Shown here one piece after another: positions 9,794 through 20,900 of a stretch of 37,942 nucleotides of DNA. Made by a program: the position numbers and the translations under genes. This DNA comes from a bacterium (lineage in GTDB: Bacteria > Babelota > Babeliae > Babelales > Chromulinivoraceae): contig CANCGK010000001.1 of the NCBI GenBank assembly GCA_947377595.1, forward strand, positions 1 through 37,942. Direction: 5' to 3'. The notes under the pieces were generated by a model that worked only from the letters and a program-made list of their open reading frames with translations, did not search any database and had not been told where the DNA came from. Position 1 is the first letter of the stretch. The number at the start of each line of letters is the position of its first letter.

Positions 9794-10159
9794 CTACAAA
9801 ACTTCAGGAGCTAATGAGATTACTTTAGCATACCCTTTTGCACGAATTTCTCTAGCGATTGGTCCAAAAACACGAGTTGCTACCATTTTACCATCTTTAA
9901 CGATGATACCAGCATTATCTCCAAAGCGAATATAAGAACCATCTTTTCTACGAAACTCTTTTCTTGTTCGCACTATTAACACATCAACTACATCACTTTT
10001 TTTGACTATTCCGTGAGGAACTGCAACTTTAACAGCGCATTTTATCAAATCGCCTAAATAAGCAAATTGTTTATGAGTACTTCCTACAATATGAATACAT
10101 TGTAAAAGTTTTGCGCCTGAATTATCAGCTACTTCAAGAAAAGATTCTTTTTGAATCAT
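9794..10159 (-). CDS. rplN: 50S ribosomal protein L14
   Basis: VADNSGAK, RKDGSYIRFGDNA, TRVFGP, SLAPEVL. Confidence 0.99.
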   Translation of the reverse strand: MIQKESFLEVADNSGAKLLQCIHIVGSTHKQFAYLGDLIKCAVKVAVPHGIVKKSDVVDVLIVRTRKEFRRKDGSYIRFGDNAGIIVKDGKMVATRVFGPIAREIRAKGYAKVISLAPEVL

Positions 10160-10170
10160 AATGTACTACC

Positions 10171-10413
10171 TTATTTAACGATACGGTGTAAGTACATGAA
10201 CTTAGTTTTTGACTTTGGAGCGCCAATGTAAAATTCTACAGTGTCGCCAATTTTAGCCAAAGATTGCTCATCATGAACTTTATACTTCGTTGTCTTTTTC
10301 ACGATTTTATTGAATTTTTCATGTTTGAAAGAGCGAACGTATTTAACAACAATAGTTTTATCCATTTTGTCAGATACAACTTCTCCAATCATTAACTTTT
10401 TTTTAGTTTCCAT
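10171..10413 (-). CDS. rpsQ: 30S ribosomal protein S17
   Basis: GEVVSDKMDKTIVV, KVHDE, SKTK. Confidence 0.98.
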   Translation of the reverse strand: METKKKLMIGEVVSDKMDKTIVVKYVRSFKHEKFNKIVKKTTKYKVHDEQSLAKIGDTVEFYIGAPKSKTKFMYLHRIVK

Positions 10414-10615
10414 TAACTATTCCCTGTTGTAAAAAAGTTAAAGTACAAGCTAGACTTTTTCGCAACTTTCTAACTAAATTCATATCTTTAACCGGCTCTG
10501 ACATCTTCTTCATTCTAATAGTGAAGATCTCTTTTTTTATCTCATTTGCATAAGCTGCTAGCTCTGCAACAGATAACTTTTGTAGCTCTTTTTTAAAAGC
10601 ATTACGCATAGCCAT
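10403..10615 (-). CDS. rpmC: 50S ribosomal protein L29 (divergent)
   Basis: 70-aa helical protein between rplP and rpsQ; ELQKLS..EL, VRKLRKSLA..LT. Confidence 0.9.
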   Translation of the reverse strand: MAMRNAFKKELQKLSVAELAAYANEIKKEIFTIRMKKMSEPVKDMNLVRKLRKSLACTLTFLQQGIVNGN

Positions 10616-10617
10616 AG

Positions 10618-11028
10618 CTATTCTACCTTCTTAACAAACTGTGTTTTCATAGGAAGCTTATAAGCAGCCATTTTAAAAATAGCTTTTGCTCTTTCTTCAT
10701 CTACTTCTGACAGTTCAAAAATAATTCTTTCTCGTTTCACAACTGCAACCCAAAATTCTGGATTACCTTTACCTTTACCCATACGAGTTTCTGCAGGTTT
10801 TTTAGTTATTGGCTTATCTGGAAATACACGGATAAACAATTTGCCCTGTTTTTTAATTTCACGAGAAATTGTCATTCGCGCAGCTTCAATTTGCTGAGCA
10901 CTAAACCAAACAGGCTCAAGAGCGCGTAATCCAAAAGTACCGAATTCTAATTCAGTAGCCCCTTTAGAAATACCACCCATTCTGCCTTTTTGCATTTTTC
11001 TAAACTTAGTCTTTTTTGGCATTAACAT
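10618..11028 (-). CDS. rplP: 50S ribosomal protein L16
   Basis: [39 protein letters not shown]. Confidence 0.99.
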   Translation of the reverse strand: MLMPKKTKFRKMQKGRMGGISKGATELEFGTFGLRALEPVWFSAQQIEAARMTISREIKKQGKLFIRVFPDKPITKKPAETRMGKGKGNPEFWVAVVKRERIIFELSEVDEERAKAIFKMAAYKLPMKTQFVKKVE

Positions 11029-11049
11029 AGGAACTCTTTCTCTACTTTG

Positions 11050-11694
11050 TTAAACGAGCTGAAAATCACCCTTACAGATCCATACTTTCACACCAATAAT
11101 TCCATAGGTTGTCAATGCTCTTGCATAACCATAATCGATGTTGGATCGTAATGTATGCAATGGAACAGAGCCCATACGAAGCCATTCAGCTCGCGCAATT
11201 TCTGCTCCATTAAGACGGCCCTTACAACAAATTTTGATGCCTTTAGCACTTGATTTCATTGCTGAAGTACCAGCTTTTTTCATTACTTTTTTAAAACTTG
11301 CACGCTTAACTAGCTGCTCAGCAATATTTTTTGCTACAAGTACTGCATCCACTTCTGGATTTTTTATTTCTTCAACAGAAATATCAACACTTGCAACTTT
11401 CAACATTTTTGATATATCTTTGCGTAAGTTATCGATTTCTTGTCCTTTTTTACCAATAACAAGACCAGGGCGACTTGTATGTATAATAATACGTACAGCA
11501 TTTCCTGTTTTTTCGATTTCTACTCGAGATACTTCTGCTGTTTCAAGCGTTTTATCTAAATATTTTCGAATTTTTAAATCTTCAAGAAGTTCTTTTGCAT
11601 AAGAACCTTTGCGACCATCGCGAGGAAACCACTTTGCATCCCAATCACGATACACCCCTACACGAAATCCAATTGGATTAACCTTTTGTCCCAC
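11050..11694 (-). CDS. rpsC: 30S ribosomal protein S3
   Basis: (M)[10 protein letters not shown] from GTG at 11694, [26 protein letters not shown]. Confidence 0.99.
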   Translation of the reverse strand: MGQKVNPIGFRVGVYRDWDAKWFPRDGRKGSYAKELLEDLKIRKYLDKTLETAEVSRVEIEKTGNAVRIIIHTSRPGLVIGKKGQEIDNLRKDISKMLKVASVDISVEEIKNPEVDAVLVAKNIAEQLVKRASFKKVMKKAGTSAMKSSAKGIKICCKGRLNGAEIARAEWLRMGSVPLHTLRSNIDYGYARALTTYGIIGVKVWICKGDFQLV

Positions 11695-11711
11695 CAAGTT
11701 TCCTTTAAAAA

Positions 11712-12062
11712 TTATTTCGTATTAACTATATTAATTTGTTCAAGTACAACTACGATATGACTCGAACGTTTTCTTTGTACTGAAGATCTACCCATTGCTG
11801 ATGGCTTAAAGTATTTATGAACAGGACCAGCATCGATTCTAATTTCAGAAACTTTTAAATCATCTACAACAATTTGTGATAGATTTTTAGCATTTGCTAC
11901 AGCAGACTCTATCGCCTTTCTAATTGGCGTTGCTTTCTGTGCAGGATACACAGCTAACCAGTCTAAAGCATACTGAGCTTTCTTTCCTCTTACTACGTCC
12001 ACAATTGGACGTAATTTATAAGGGGAATATTTTACATACTTTGCTATTGCTTTAAATTGCAT
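11712..12062 (-). CDS. rplV: 50S ribosomal protein L22
   Basis: SPYKLR, SAVANA, AMGRS, KRSSHI. Confidence 0.97.
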   Translation of the reverse strand: MQFKAIAKYVKYSPYKLRPIVDVVRGKKAQYALDWLAVYPAQKATPIRKAIESAVANAKNLSQIVVDDLKVSEIRIDAGPVHKYFKPSAMGRSSVQRKRSSHIVVVLEQINIVNTK

Positions 12063-12087
12063 GTCTAACTTTCTCTTCTATAATTAT

Positions 12088-12115
12088 ATTCTAACACAAA
12101 AACAGTGTAACTCAA
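12088..12115 (-). promoter_or_regulatory. Putative internal sigma70-type promoter upstream of rplV
   Basis: TTGAGT-16 bp-TAGAAT with extended -10 TGn and an overlapping TATAAT, inside an unusually long 83-bp rpsS-rplV gap. Confidence 0.45.
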
Positions 12116-12145
12116 ACTTTTAACCAAGTTCTTCGTTACTTTGAC

Positions 12146-12409
12146 CTATTTTTGCCCACTATGAGCTTTAAATGTTCTAGTAGGAGAAAATTCACCCAGA
12201 TGATGCCCAACCATATTTTCTGTGATGAATACATCTAAAAACTTTTTGCCATTATGAACAGCAAACGTTAATCCAACAAAAGCAGGTAAAACAACAGTAC
12301 GTCGAGACCATGTTTTAATGGTTTCTTTTTTAGCACCTGTTTTTATTTTCTGCACTTTGTTCATTAAAGAAGGGTCAACAAATGGCCCTTTTTTTGCAGA
12401 TCGAGACAT
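12146..12409 (-). CDS. rpsS: 30S ribosomal protein S19
   Basis: [35 protein letters not shown]. Confidence 0.99.
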   Translation of the reverse strand: MSRSAKKGPFVDPSLMNKVQKIKTGAKKETIKTWSRRTVVLPAFVGLTFAVHNGKKFLDVFITENMVGHHLGEFSPTRTFKAHSGQK

Positions 12410-12443
12410 ATAGTTATCCCATTTACGTTATATTGATTTATTT

Positions 12444-13259
12444 CTATTTACGTCTTCTAATGATTCTTGCATCTTTACGTTTGCGAGTTCTTGTTCCCTT
12501 GCAACCTTTACCCCAAGGAGTAACAGGATGTGATCCAGATTTAGATCTACCTTCACCACCACCATGTGGGTGATCAACAGGGTTCATAGCCATACCGCGA
12601 ACTGATGGTCGAATACCACGATTTCTTGATCGTCCAGCTTTACCCCAAGAAATGTTTTTAAAATCAGCATTTCCTAAAGCACCGACTGTCGCCCAACAAT
12701 CTAAATTAATAAGACGAACTTCATTTGATGGCATTTTTAATGTTGCAAATTCTTCATCTTTTGCAATAATTTGAGCACCACAACCTGCACTACGTACAAG
12801 TTTTCCACCAACTCCTGGTTTCATTTCAATATTATGAATAACAAAACCAACTGGAATTGAGCGTAATGGTAAACAATTTCCAACAGTAGGTTCAACTTGT
12901 TGTCCTGCAATAACGCGAGAACCAACTACTAAACCTTCTGGCAAAAGCATATAACGTTTAACGCCATTTTTATATACAACTAAACCAATACGAACGTTTC
13001 GATTTGGATCATATTCAATCGTTGTAACAACGCCTTCTACATTACGTTCGCTACGTTTAAAATCAATAACGCGATATCTTTGAGCAGCGCCGCCGCCTTG
13101 ATGACGCATAGTAATTCTACCGTAAGCGTTTCTTCCACCCTTTTTTTTCAAGCCAATCGTTAACTTTTTATGAGGTGTTGTCTGAGTAATATCAGTGTTG
13201 CTCAAAAAAGTTTGAAAACGTAACGATGGATTTTCGGGTTTTCTTGATACTATAGCCAT
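12444..13259 (-). CDS. rplB: 50S ribosomal protein L2
   Basis: EYDPNR, GKAGRSR, AMNPVDHPHGGGEG. Confidence 0.99.
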   Translation of the reverse strand: MAIVSRKPENPSLRFQTFLSNTDITQTTPHKKLTIGLKKKGGRNAYGRITMRHQGGGAAQRYRVIDFKRSERNVEGVVTTIEYDPNRNVRIGLVVYKNGVKRYMLLPEGLVVGSRVIAGQQVEPTVGNCLPLRSIPVGFVIHNIEMKPGVGGKLVRSAGCGAQIIAKDEEFATLKMPSNEVRLINLDCWATVGALGNADFKNISWGKAGRSRNRGIRPSVRGMAMNPVDHPHGGGEGRSKSGSHPVTPWGKGCKGTRTRKRKDARIIRRRK

Positions 13260-13269
13260 TCAACTATCC

Positions 13270-13617
13270 TTAACCGTTATTTTGTGCAACAGGCATAGCT
13301 GCAGAAGCTTCTGCTTTTGCAGTCACATCTCCAAATAAATTAATATTATAGCCTGGTTTTAATGTTACAATTGCTCGTTTACAAGTTTTATCTTGTGTTA
13401 CAATTCTTGATCTTGTCATACGGCGTTTGCCTTTACGAATCAAAATCGCAACTTTTAAAACATGCACACCAAATAATTTTTCTACCGCTTCTTGAACTAA
13501 CGGTTTATTAGCATGCATATGCACTTCTAAAACTAATTTCTGCAACTTTTGATTTTGTTGATAAGCTTTATCAGAAACAACTGGCCCCTGGATAATATCG
13601 TAAATGCTTAATTCCAT
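13270..13617 (-). CDS. rplW: 50S ribosomal protein L23
   Basis: PVVSDKA, ANK..V..AVEKLF, KRAIVTL; Ala-rich C-terminal tail. Confidence 0.96.
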   Translation of the reverse strand: MELSIYDIIQGPVVSDKAYQQNQKLQKLVLEVHMHANKPLVQEAVEKLFGVHVLKVAILIRKGKRRMTRSRIVTQDKTCKRAIVTLKPGYNINLFGDVTAKAEASAAMPVAQNNG

Positions 13618-14267
13618 TGTGCCACCATTTCTTTAAAATTGCTAAAATCTTTTTTTAACACTACTAAATAATCGCTATTTGATAGAGCGTATGCATTTAA
13701 AGCATCAAATGATAAAATTTGAACGTTTGGTAAGTTTCTTAAAGACAACCAGCTTGAATAATCACTACGTTGTAAGAAAATGCTGACTTTTTTGCCAACA
13801 ATGTTCATATCTTTAAGAGCCAATGCGCCTAATTTTGTTGATGGTTTATCATCTACTAACTGCAAATCATATGAAATGATTTTATTATTTTCTGCATATG
13901 CAGCTAATAATGCACGCATAACGTCGTATTTAGTACGTTTAGTTACTTTTAATGTTCGAGTACGTGGTTGAGGCCCGAAAATAACACCCCCACCTCTCCA
14001 TAATGGAGATTTAGCCATACCTGCACGAGCGCGACCTGTTCCTTTTTGTTTCCAAGGTTTTCTTGTTGACAATGAAACGTCTGCGCGACCTTTACAGCCA
14101 ACAGTACCTTGACGCCAATTTTGTAAAAGAGCTCTAATCCACACAGCATAGCTTTGTGACATATCTCTTTCAGGAGCAACTAACTCTAAATCTGTCATAG
14201 AAAGAAAATCTATCGCTAAAGATTTAGATGTTACTTTGTTTGTATCTTGTATATCTTGCTTAGTCAT
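13608..14267 (-). CDS. rplD: 50S ribosomal protein L4
   Basis: RQGT, KPWKQKGTGRARAG, SPLWRGGGVIFGPQPR. Confidence 0.98.
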   Translation of the reverse strand: MTKQDIQDTNKVTSKSLAIDFLSMTDLELVAPERDMSQSYAVWIRALLQNWRQGTVGCKGRADVSLSTRKPWKQKGTGRARAGMAKSPLWRGGGVIFGPQPRTRTLKVTKRTKYDVMRALLAAYAENNKIISYDLQLVDDKPSTKLGALALKDMNIVGKKVSIFLQRSDYSSWLSLRNLPNVQILSFDALNAYALSNSDYLVVLKKDFSNFKEMVAQWN

Positions 14268-14270
14268 TTT

Positions 14271-14894
14271 CTATCCACGTTTTCTAAGAAATACTAAAGA
14301 TCCTGGCTTACCAGCCATAGAACCTTTAATAAGTACTATATTTTCTTCTGAACGCACTTGGACAACTTGTAGCTTTTGTACAGTTCTTTGCTTGTCACCC
14401 ATGTGTCCTGGAAGTCTTTTACCTTTAATAACTTTACCTGTTGCGCGCATATTACCAATGCTACCAGGTCGTTTATGGAAAGTTGAACCGTGACTTCCTG
14501 GACCACCAGCAAAGCCCCAACGGCGTACTACCCCAGCAAAACCACAACCTTTTGTTGTTCCAGTTGCATCAACAGAATCATCTTTAGCTAAAATAGTACC
14601 TAAATCGATAGAAGAACCTACAACTAGGCCTTCTGGCAATTGAGTAATAGCAATTTCTTTAATGAAAAGAAAATGCTGTTTTAACTTTTTTAACCATTCT
14701 TGAGCAAAAGGTTGACCTTCATATTTTTTACGAAGACATGCAACTTGAATTGCATTATAACCATCTACTTCTACTGTTTTGATTTGGGTCAAAAACCAAC
14801 CAGCGGTATTTACAACAGTTACAGGTACAACTGAACTGTCATCTGCAAATACTTGCGTCATACCGACTTTACGACCCCAAATACCTTGTATCAT
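14271..14894 (-). CDS. rplC: 50S ribosomal protein L3
   Basis: KVGMTQVF, DGYNAIQ, GPGSHGS, PGHMG. Confidence 0.99.
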   Translation of the reverse strand: MIQGIWGRKVGMTQVFADDSSVVPVTVVNTAGWFLTQIKTVEVDGYNAIQVACLRKKYEGQPFAQEWLKKLKQHFLFIKEIAITQLPEGLVVGSSIDLGTILAKDDSVDATGTTKGCGFAGVVRRWGFAGGPGSHGSTFHKRPGSIGNMRATGKVIKGKRLPGHMGDKQRTVQKLQVVQVRSEENIVLIKGSMAGKPGSLVFLRKRG

Positions 14895-14912
14895 CTCTTA
14901 AACCTTTCTGAT

Positions 14913-15218
14913 CTATCTGATCTCGACATCAACGCCGGCAGATATATTTAATTTCATCAAAGCTGTCATAGTTTGATCAGATGGAGAAATGATCTCTAAA
15001 ATACGCTTATGCGTAATCAGCTCAAACTGCTCTCTTGATTTTTTGTTAACATGCGGAGAGCGTAATACCGTAAAACATCTATGCTTGTTAGGTAAAGCAA
15101 CTGGACCAACTAAGTCGGTCCCAGTTTTTTTTGCAGTTAATGCAATTTGCTTTACAGCTTTATCAAGCAATTGATGGTCATACGATTTCAGCGTCAAACG
15201 AATTTTCTGCTTTTTCAT
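14913..15218 (-). CDS. rpsJ: 30S ribosomal protein S10
   Basis: [25 protein letters not shown]. Confidence 0.99.
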   Translation of the reverse strand: MKKQKIRLTLKSYDHQLLDKAVKQIALTAKKTGTDLVGPVALPNKHRCFTVLRSPHVNKKSREQFELITHKRILEIISPSDQTMTALMKLNISAGVDVEIR

Positions 15219-15237
15219 CTATTTTATCCAGCCTCAA

Positions 15238-16428
15238 TTATGCAAGAATTTCTGTTACAATACCTGATCCTACAGTTCTTCCACCTTCACGGATAGCAAA
15301 ACGTAGATCTTTTTCCATAGCGATAGGAGCGATTAAATCAACGATCAATGTTACGTTATCGCCTGGCATAACCATTTCACGACCAGCTTCTAAGCTCACA
15401 ACACCTGTAACGTCAGTTGTTCTGAAATAGAATTGAGGTCTATAATTTGTAAAGAATGGGCTATGACGTCCGCCTTCTTCTTTGCTTAAAATATAAACTT
15501 CACATTTGAATTTTTTATGAGGTTTAATTGAACCTGGTTTTGCAACAACCATACCACGAACGATATCTTCTTTTTTGATACCACGTAATAATAGACCTGC
15601 GTTATCACCAGCTTCACCTTGAGACAATTCTTTTTTGAACATCTCAATACCTGTTACAGTAGATTTAATTGTTTCAGTTAAACCAACTAATTCAACAGCA
15701 TCACCAACTTTAACAATACCTTGTTCAATTTTACCAGTTGCTACAGTACCACGACCAGCAATAGAGAAAACACCTTCAATTGGCATCAAGAATGGTTTTT
15801 CTACTTCACGTTTAGGTAATGGTATAAATGTATCAACAGCATCCATCAATCTGTCGATTGATTGAGAGCCAAGGAAACTATCTTCACCTTGTAAAGCTTT
15901 TAATGCTGAACCACGAACTACAGGAGTTTCGTTGCCAGGGAAGCCATATTTACACAATAATTCACGAATTTCTTCTTCAACCATGTCAACCATTTCTGAA
16001 TCATCAACCATGTCTACTTTATTCAAGAACACAACCAATGAAGGAACGTTAACGTTTTTTGCAAGAAGAATATGCTCTCTAGTTTGAGGCATAGGTCCAT
16101 CTGCTGCAGAAACAACAAGAATAGCGCCATCCATTTGAGCTGCACCAGTGATCATGTTTTTAACATAATCAGCGTGACCAGGACAGTCTACGTGAGCATA
16201 GTGACGATTTGCTGTTTCATACTCAACGTGAGATGTTGCAATTGTAATACCACGAGCTTTTTCTTCTGGAGCGTTATCGATTTGATCGAATGCTCGAGCT
16301 TCAGCTCCACCTTTTTTTGCTAATACACATGTAATTGCAGCGGTCAAAGTAGTTTTACCATGATCAACGTGACCAATAGTACCTATATTGACGTGCGGTT
16401 TGCTTCTATCGTATACACCTTTTGCCAT
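15238..16428 (-). CDS. tuf: Elongation factor Tu
   Basis: [29 protein letters not shown]. Confidence 0.99.
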   Translation of the reverse strand: MAKGVYDRSKPHVNIGTIGHVDHGKTTLTAAITCVLAKKGGAEARAFDQIDNAPEEKARGITIATSHVEYETANRHYAHVDCPGHADYVKNMITGAAQMDGAILVVSAADGPMPQTREHILLAKNVNVPSLVVFLNKVDMVDDSEMVDMVEEEIRELLCKYGFPGNETPVVRGSALKALQGEDSFLGSQSIDRLMDAVDTFIPLPKREVEKPFLMPIEGVFSIAGRGTVATGKIEQGIVKVGDAVELVGLTETIKSTVTGIEMFKKELSQGEAGDNAGLLLRGIKKEDIVRGMVVAKPGSIKPHKKFKCEVYILSKEEGGRHSPFFTNYRPQFYFRTTDVTGVVSLEAGREMVMPGDNVTLIVDLIAPIAMEKDLRFAIREGGRTVGSGIVTEILA

Positions 16429-16464
16429 CTATATTCTCCCGATAACAACAATAAACAATAAATT

Positions 16465-18546
16465 TTATTTTTTCTTTTTCTCTACTAATGCTTCTTGCAC
16501 GTTTCTTGGAACTTCTTGATATAACTTAAATTCCATAGTATAACCAGCACGACCTTTTGTCATAGAACGCAAGTCAGTTGCATATCCAAACATCTCTCCT
16601 AGTGGAACTTCAGCATTAATAATTTGAGCTGAACCTTTAGCTGTCATGCCTAAAATTCTACCACGGCGAGAACTCAAGTCACCAATTACATCGCCCATAT
16701 GATCGTCTGGTGTATCCACTTCCACTTTCATAATTGGCTCTAATAAAACTGGTGAAGCTTTTTCCATACCAGATTTAAATGCCATCTTAGTTGCCATTTT
16801 AAATGCAATTTCAGATGAATCGACATCATGATAAGAACCATCATACACAATAACTTTAACATCGACAACAGGGCAACCTAATAATACTCCAGATTCAATT
16901 GCTTCTAAAGCACCTTTTTCAATTGCAGGGATATATTCTCTTGGAACAGTACCACCAACAACTTGGTTTTCAAATTGATAACCAGCACCACGTTCTAACG
17001 GTTCAAGTTTCAACCAAACGTGTCCGTATTGACCACGACCACCAGATTGTTTAATAAACTTACCTTCGACATCGGCTGAAGTTTGAATAGTTTCTTTATA
17101 GGCAACTTGCAATTGACCTTGTACAACTTCAACTTTGTGTTCACGTTTTAAACGATCAACAACGATTTCTAAATGTAATTCACCCATTCCAGAAATTTCT
17201 GTTTGATTCGTTTCATGGTTATAAGTAAATCTAAATGAAGGATCTTCTTGACTCATTTTTTTAAGAGCCATAACCATTTTTTCATGTTCACTTTTTTCTT
17301 TTGGTTCAACAGAAGAAGAAATAACTGGAGCTGGAACGTCAATAGATTCTAAAAGAACAGCGTGAGCTTGATCACACAATGTATCACCAGTATTAATATC
17401 TTTAATACCAACAATAGCCACAATGTCACCAGCGTGAGCTGATTCAATTTCTTCACGTTTATTTGCATGCATTTTAATCAAACGGCTTACGCGTTCTTTT
17501 GTGCCTTTTGAAGCATTATACACATAAGAACCTGACATCAATGTACCAGAATAAATACGAGTAAATGTTAAAACACCCACAAAAGGATCCGTCATAATCT
17601 TAAATGCTAAAGCAGCAAATGGCCCTTTTGGATCTGAAGATCTTGTAATTTCAGCACCAGTTGTAGCATCAATACCTTTAATAGCTGGAACATCAAGTGG
17701 TGAAGGTAAATAATCAACAACTGCATCAAGTAAAAGCTGAATACCTTTATTTTTGAAAGCTGTACCACAAAATACTGGATAAATACCACGAGCAATCACA
17801 CCCTTACGAAGAGCTTTTTTAATTTCTTCATCAGAAATAACTTCTTCATTTAAATATTTTTCACCCAAAGCTTCATCAAAATCCGATGCTTTACCAATAA
17901 TTGCATCACGCATTTCTTTGATTTGATCTGCATATTCAGCAGGAGCATCTTGCCAAGTAACTTTTGCATTTAAAAGTTCTTTTTCATTTTGGAATGAAAC
18001 CATTTTACCAGACACAACATCAATAAGTCCTTTAAAGTCTTCACTTTGACCTACTGGAATTTGCATAGCAATAGCATTACCATTACCCAACTTTTCATTA
18101 ATATCGGCAACAACATGAAAATAATCTGCACCGATACGATCAAGTTTATTGATAAAAATAACACGAGGAACTTCATAACGTTCTGTTTGACGCCAAACAG
18201 TTTCTGACTGAGGTTGAACACCAGCAACGCCACAAAAAACTCCAACAACTCCATCTAAAACACGTAAAGAACGACCTACTTCAATCGTAAAATCAACGTG
18301 ACCAGGAGTATCGATAATATTCACCTGACAATCTTTCCAGAAACATGTTGTTGCTGCAGATTGAATAGTAATACCTCGCTCTTGCTCTTGTTCCATCCAA
18401 TCCATAGTTGCTGCACCTTCATGCACCTCACCAATTTTGTGAGATACACCAGTGTAAAACAAAATACGTTCAGTAACAGTTGTTTTACCAGCATCAATAT
18501 GAGCCGCAATACCTATATTTCTATACTTATCTAGAGAATATTTCAT
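16465..18546 (-). CDS. fusA: Elongation factor G
   Basis: [44 protein letters not shown]. Confidence 0.99.
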   Translation of the reverse strand: MKYSLDKYRNIGIAAHIDAGKTTVTERILFYTGVSHKIGEVHEGAATMDWMEQEQERGITIQSAATTCFWKDCQVNIIDTPGHVDFTIEVGRSLRVLDGVVGVFCGVAGVQPQSETVWRQTERYEVPRVIFINKLDRIGADYFHVVADINEKLGNGNAIAMQIPVGQSEDFKGLIDVVSGKMVSFQNEKELLNAKVTWQDAPAEYADQIKEMRDAIIGKASDFDEALGEKYLNEEVISDEEIKKALRKGVIARGIYPVFCGTAFKNKGIQLLLDAVVDYLPSPLDVPAIKGIDATTGAEITRSSDPKGPFAALAFKIMTDPFVGVLTFTRIYSGTLMSGSYVYNASKGTKERVSRLIKMHANKREEIESAHAGDIVAIVGIKDINTGDTLCDQAHAVLLESIDVPAPVISSSVEPKEKSEHEKMVMALKKMSQEDPSFRFTYNHETNQTEISGMGELHLEIVVDRLKREHKVEVVQGQLQVAYKETIQTSADVEGKFIKQSGGRGQYGHVWLKLEPLERGAGYQFENQVVGGTVPREYIPAIEKGALEAIESGVLLGCPVVDVKVIVYDGSYHDVDSSEIAFKMATKMAFKSGMEKASPVLLEPIMKVEVDTPDDHMGDVIGDLSSRRGRILGMTAKGSAQIINAEVPLGEMFGYATDLRSMTKGRAGYTMEFKLYQEVPRNVQEALVEKKKK

Positions 18547-18562
18547 AAATACCTACCTTTTT

Positions 18563-19042
18563 TTACCAAGAGTAATGTGAAAATGCACGATTTGCTTCTG
18601 CCATTTTATGCACATCTAATCTTTTTTTCATAGCAGCGCCTCTGCCTTCATGAGCATCTAGCAACTCATATCCAAGGCGTAAACCCATAGATTTATCTGC
18701 ACGAGATGCTGCACCAGTAATCAACCAACGCAACGCTAATGATCGTCCACGAACAAGACTTACTTCTGTTGGAATTTGATATACGCTACCACCTACACGA
18801 CGAGAGCGAACTTCTACCAAAGGAACTACTTGATCGTAAGCTTTTTGGAAAGCTTCTAAAGTCTTAGCACCTTCACCAAATTTCTTTGACAATTGAGCTA
18901 AAGCTTCATAAACAATTTTACGAGCAACGTTTTTTTTACCACGTTCCATCACAACGTTAATTAAACGTTGTACTAATTCTGATTGATATAAAGGATCTAC
19001 CCCAATATCACGTTTTTTTATAACCGTTTTACGTCTTGGCAT
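18563..19042 (-). CDS. rpsG: 30S ribosomal protein S7
   Basis: MPRR, EVRSRRVGG, MAEANRAFSHY. Confidence 0.99.
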   Translation of the reverse strand: MPRRKTVIKKRDIGVDPLYQSELVQRLINVVMERGKKNVARKIVYEALAQLSKKFGEGAKTLEAFQKAYDQVVPLVEVRSRRVGGSVYQIPTEVSLVRGRSLALRWLITGAASRADKSMGLRLGYELLDAHEGRGAAMKKRLDVHKMAEANRAFSHYSW

Positions 19043-19053
19043 TTAAATTTCCT

Positions 19054-19458
19054 TTACTTCTTTTTTCCAGTTGGAGCAACTTGTCCTGGTTTAGGACGCT
19101 TAGCACCATATTTTGAACGAGATTGTTTTCTTCCTTCCACACCCGCAGCATCTAATGCACCACGAACAATGTGATATTTACAACCTGGTAAATCCTTTAC
19201 TCTTCCACCGCGAATCAAAACCATTGAGTGTTCTTGTAAATTATGTCCTTCACCAGGGATGTATGCTGTTACTTCAACACCATTTGATAGTTTGACACGA
19301 GCTACTTTACGTAACGCTGAGTTAGGTTTTTTAGGGGTTACAGTAAACACCCTGGTACATACTCCGCGCAATTGAGGACAAGCCTCTAATGCGGAGCTTT
19401 TTGATTTTGTTGTGACTTTTTCGCGTCCAAAACGCACAAGCTGATTAATTGTTGGCAT
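19054..19458 (-). CDS. rpsL: 30S ribosomal protein S12
   Basis: [26 protein letters not shown]. Confidence 0.99.
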   Translation of the reverse strand: MPTINQLVRFGREKVTTKSKSSALEACPQLRGVCTRVFTVTPKKPNSALRKVARVKLSNGVEVTAYIPGEGHNLQEHSMVLIRGGRVKDLPGCKYHIVRGALDAAGVEGRKQSRSKYGAKRPKPGQVAPTGKKK

Positions 19459-19571
19459 GCATACACCTTTTTATAACATCTAAAAATTGTAATTTGTTTG
19501 TAAGAAAAACTAATGATTTCTAATGTTAGAACTATAAAATATCTTTACAAAACTGCTATTGTCTAAATTTA

Positions 19572-19599
19572 ATTATAAATTGTTTAGCGCTTTTTTCAA
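19572..19599 (-). promoter_or_regulatory. Putative promoter of the str/r-protein superoperon
   Basis: TTGAAA-16 bp-TATAAT on the minus strand, ~110 bp upstream of rpsL. Confidence 0.55.
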
Positions 19600-19785
19600 G
19601 CAAAATCAGTAAAGCATACAAGGTAAACTACTTTTCTTGCGATAAGATCATTTTTTTCGCTTGATAAAATATATATAATAATGAATCTAACTATAGACTT
19701 GTAGGGCACATCATGATACTGTAGATGAGAAAAAACAGCATAATACAACTTAAAAAAATTTCAATAATTTTGTAAAAGGATTTAT

Positions 19786-20892
19786 ATGAATATCAATATT
19801 TTATCAATAGCAAACTTACAACACAGCTTTTCAATCTTATGTTCTATAGCAATGAGCTTGCTAGGAATTACCAGTATTATAGTTTTTCACGAATTCGGGC
19901 ATTTTATATTTTGCAAATTATTCAAAGTTTACACACCAACATTTTCTATTGGCATTGGTAAAAAATTATATAAAAAAATGATTGGCGATACAGAATTTTG
20001 TATTTCAGCAAGCCCACTTGGTGGATACGTTGAAATTGCAACGGAAGCAACCGCTGGTAAAAAAGGTTTCAACTCCATCAATTATTTTCAAAAATTTTTA
20101 ATTATGCTTGGCGGCATTGGTTTCAACATGTTATTTGCTTACATTGTTTTAAGTTTATTATTTTTTATAGGCATGCCAGATTCTGCATTTATGCCCTATG
20201 AAAACACCTTACCACAAGTCACATTCATCACTAATACCTCTATCAATCAAAATAGCTTACAACCACAAGATGTTTTTTTATCAATTCAAGATCAAGCGAT
20301 TAATCAGAAAGCAGAAACTATCAAAGAAATTGTAAACAAAGCATCTTCTCAAAATTTAACCGAACTTTCAGCAACAGTTCAACGAAACAACAAAGAAAAA
20401 CATATCACTCTTCATTTAAATCCTGATAAAAAACCAATGACGCTTGAACAACGCTTAGAAATATCATTAGAACGCAAAGCTCCATTAACTCTTACCGCAA
20501 GTATTTCAAACGGAATATTATTAACTCACTTTTATATCAAAACTATTTTCATGAGCCTACAGGGCTTGTTTTCTGCACAAAACAGCCAAGCTTTAGCTGG
20601 CCCTATCATGACACTTGCATCAAGCACAAAGGTTGCTCAAAAAGGATTAAAATCTCTTTTAATATTTTTAGCTATCATCAGTATTAATTTAGGAATTATG
20701 AATTTATTACCACTTCCTATATTTGACGGAGGCCAATTCGTTATTTTTACCATAGAAACACTTTTGGGACGCGAAATGTCAGACTCTGTTAAAGAAAAAA
20801 TTGGATCATTTTCATGGTTTTTAATTTTAGGACTGATGATCGTATTTAGCATTAAAGATATTTACATATTAATGCATCAATACTTCATATAA
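19786..20892 (+). CDS. rseP: Site-2 (M50) intramembrane metalloprotease, RseP/RasP-like
   Basis: HEFGH zinc motif, FSIGIG, PLGGYV, NLLPLPIFDGG; degenerate PDZ-sized central region; AAAGGA RBS. Confidence 0.92.
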   Translation: MNINILSIANLQHSFSILCSIAMSLLGITSIIVFHEFGHFIFCKLFKVYTPTFSIGIGKKLYKKMIGDTEFCISASPLGGYVEIATEATAGKKGFNSINYFQKFLIMLGGIGFNMLFAYIVLSLLFFIGMPDSAFMPYENTLPQVTFITNTSINQNSLQPQDVFLSIQDQAINQKAETIKEIVNKASSQNLTELSATVQRNNKEKHITLHLNPDKKPMTLEQRLEISLERKAPLTLTASISNGILLTHFYIKTIFMSLQGLFSAQNSQALAGPIMTLASSTKVAQKGLKSLLIFLAIISINLGIMNLLPLPIFDGGQFVIFTIETLLGREMSDSVKEKIGSFSWFLILGLMIVFSIKDIYILMHQYFI

Positions 20893-20900
20893 GGAATCAG

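Noticed and set aside
11138-11602. 154-aa plus-strand ORF and other antisense or alternate-frame ORFs (146-511, 605-838, 9098-9289, 15131-15430, 15635-15865, 26357-26545, 27597-27809, 27970-28293, 30280-30528, 36001-36327, 37077-37307, etc.)
   Set aside because: They lie largely or wholly within well-supported genes, show no recognisable motifs, and are typical shadow ORFs produced by codon bias
4950-12148. Alternative genetic code or stop-codon reassignment
   Set aside because: TAG ends rpsH, rpsN and rplN at their canonical C-termini, TGA ends secY, and conserved Trp residues are encoded by TGG, so the code is standard 11
15238-19458. Antibiotic-resistance alleles in rpsL or tuf
   Set aside because: The S12 PKKPNS and RVKDLPG motifs are wild type; the EF-Tu DNAG variant occurs naturally in other bacteria
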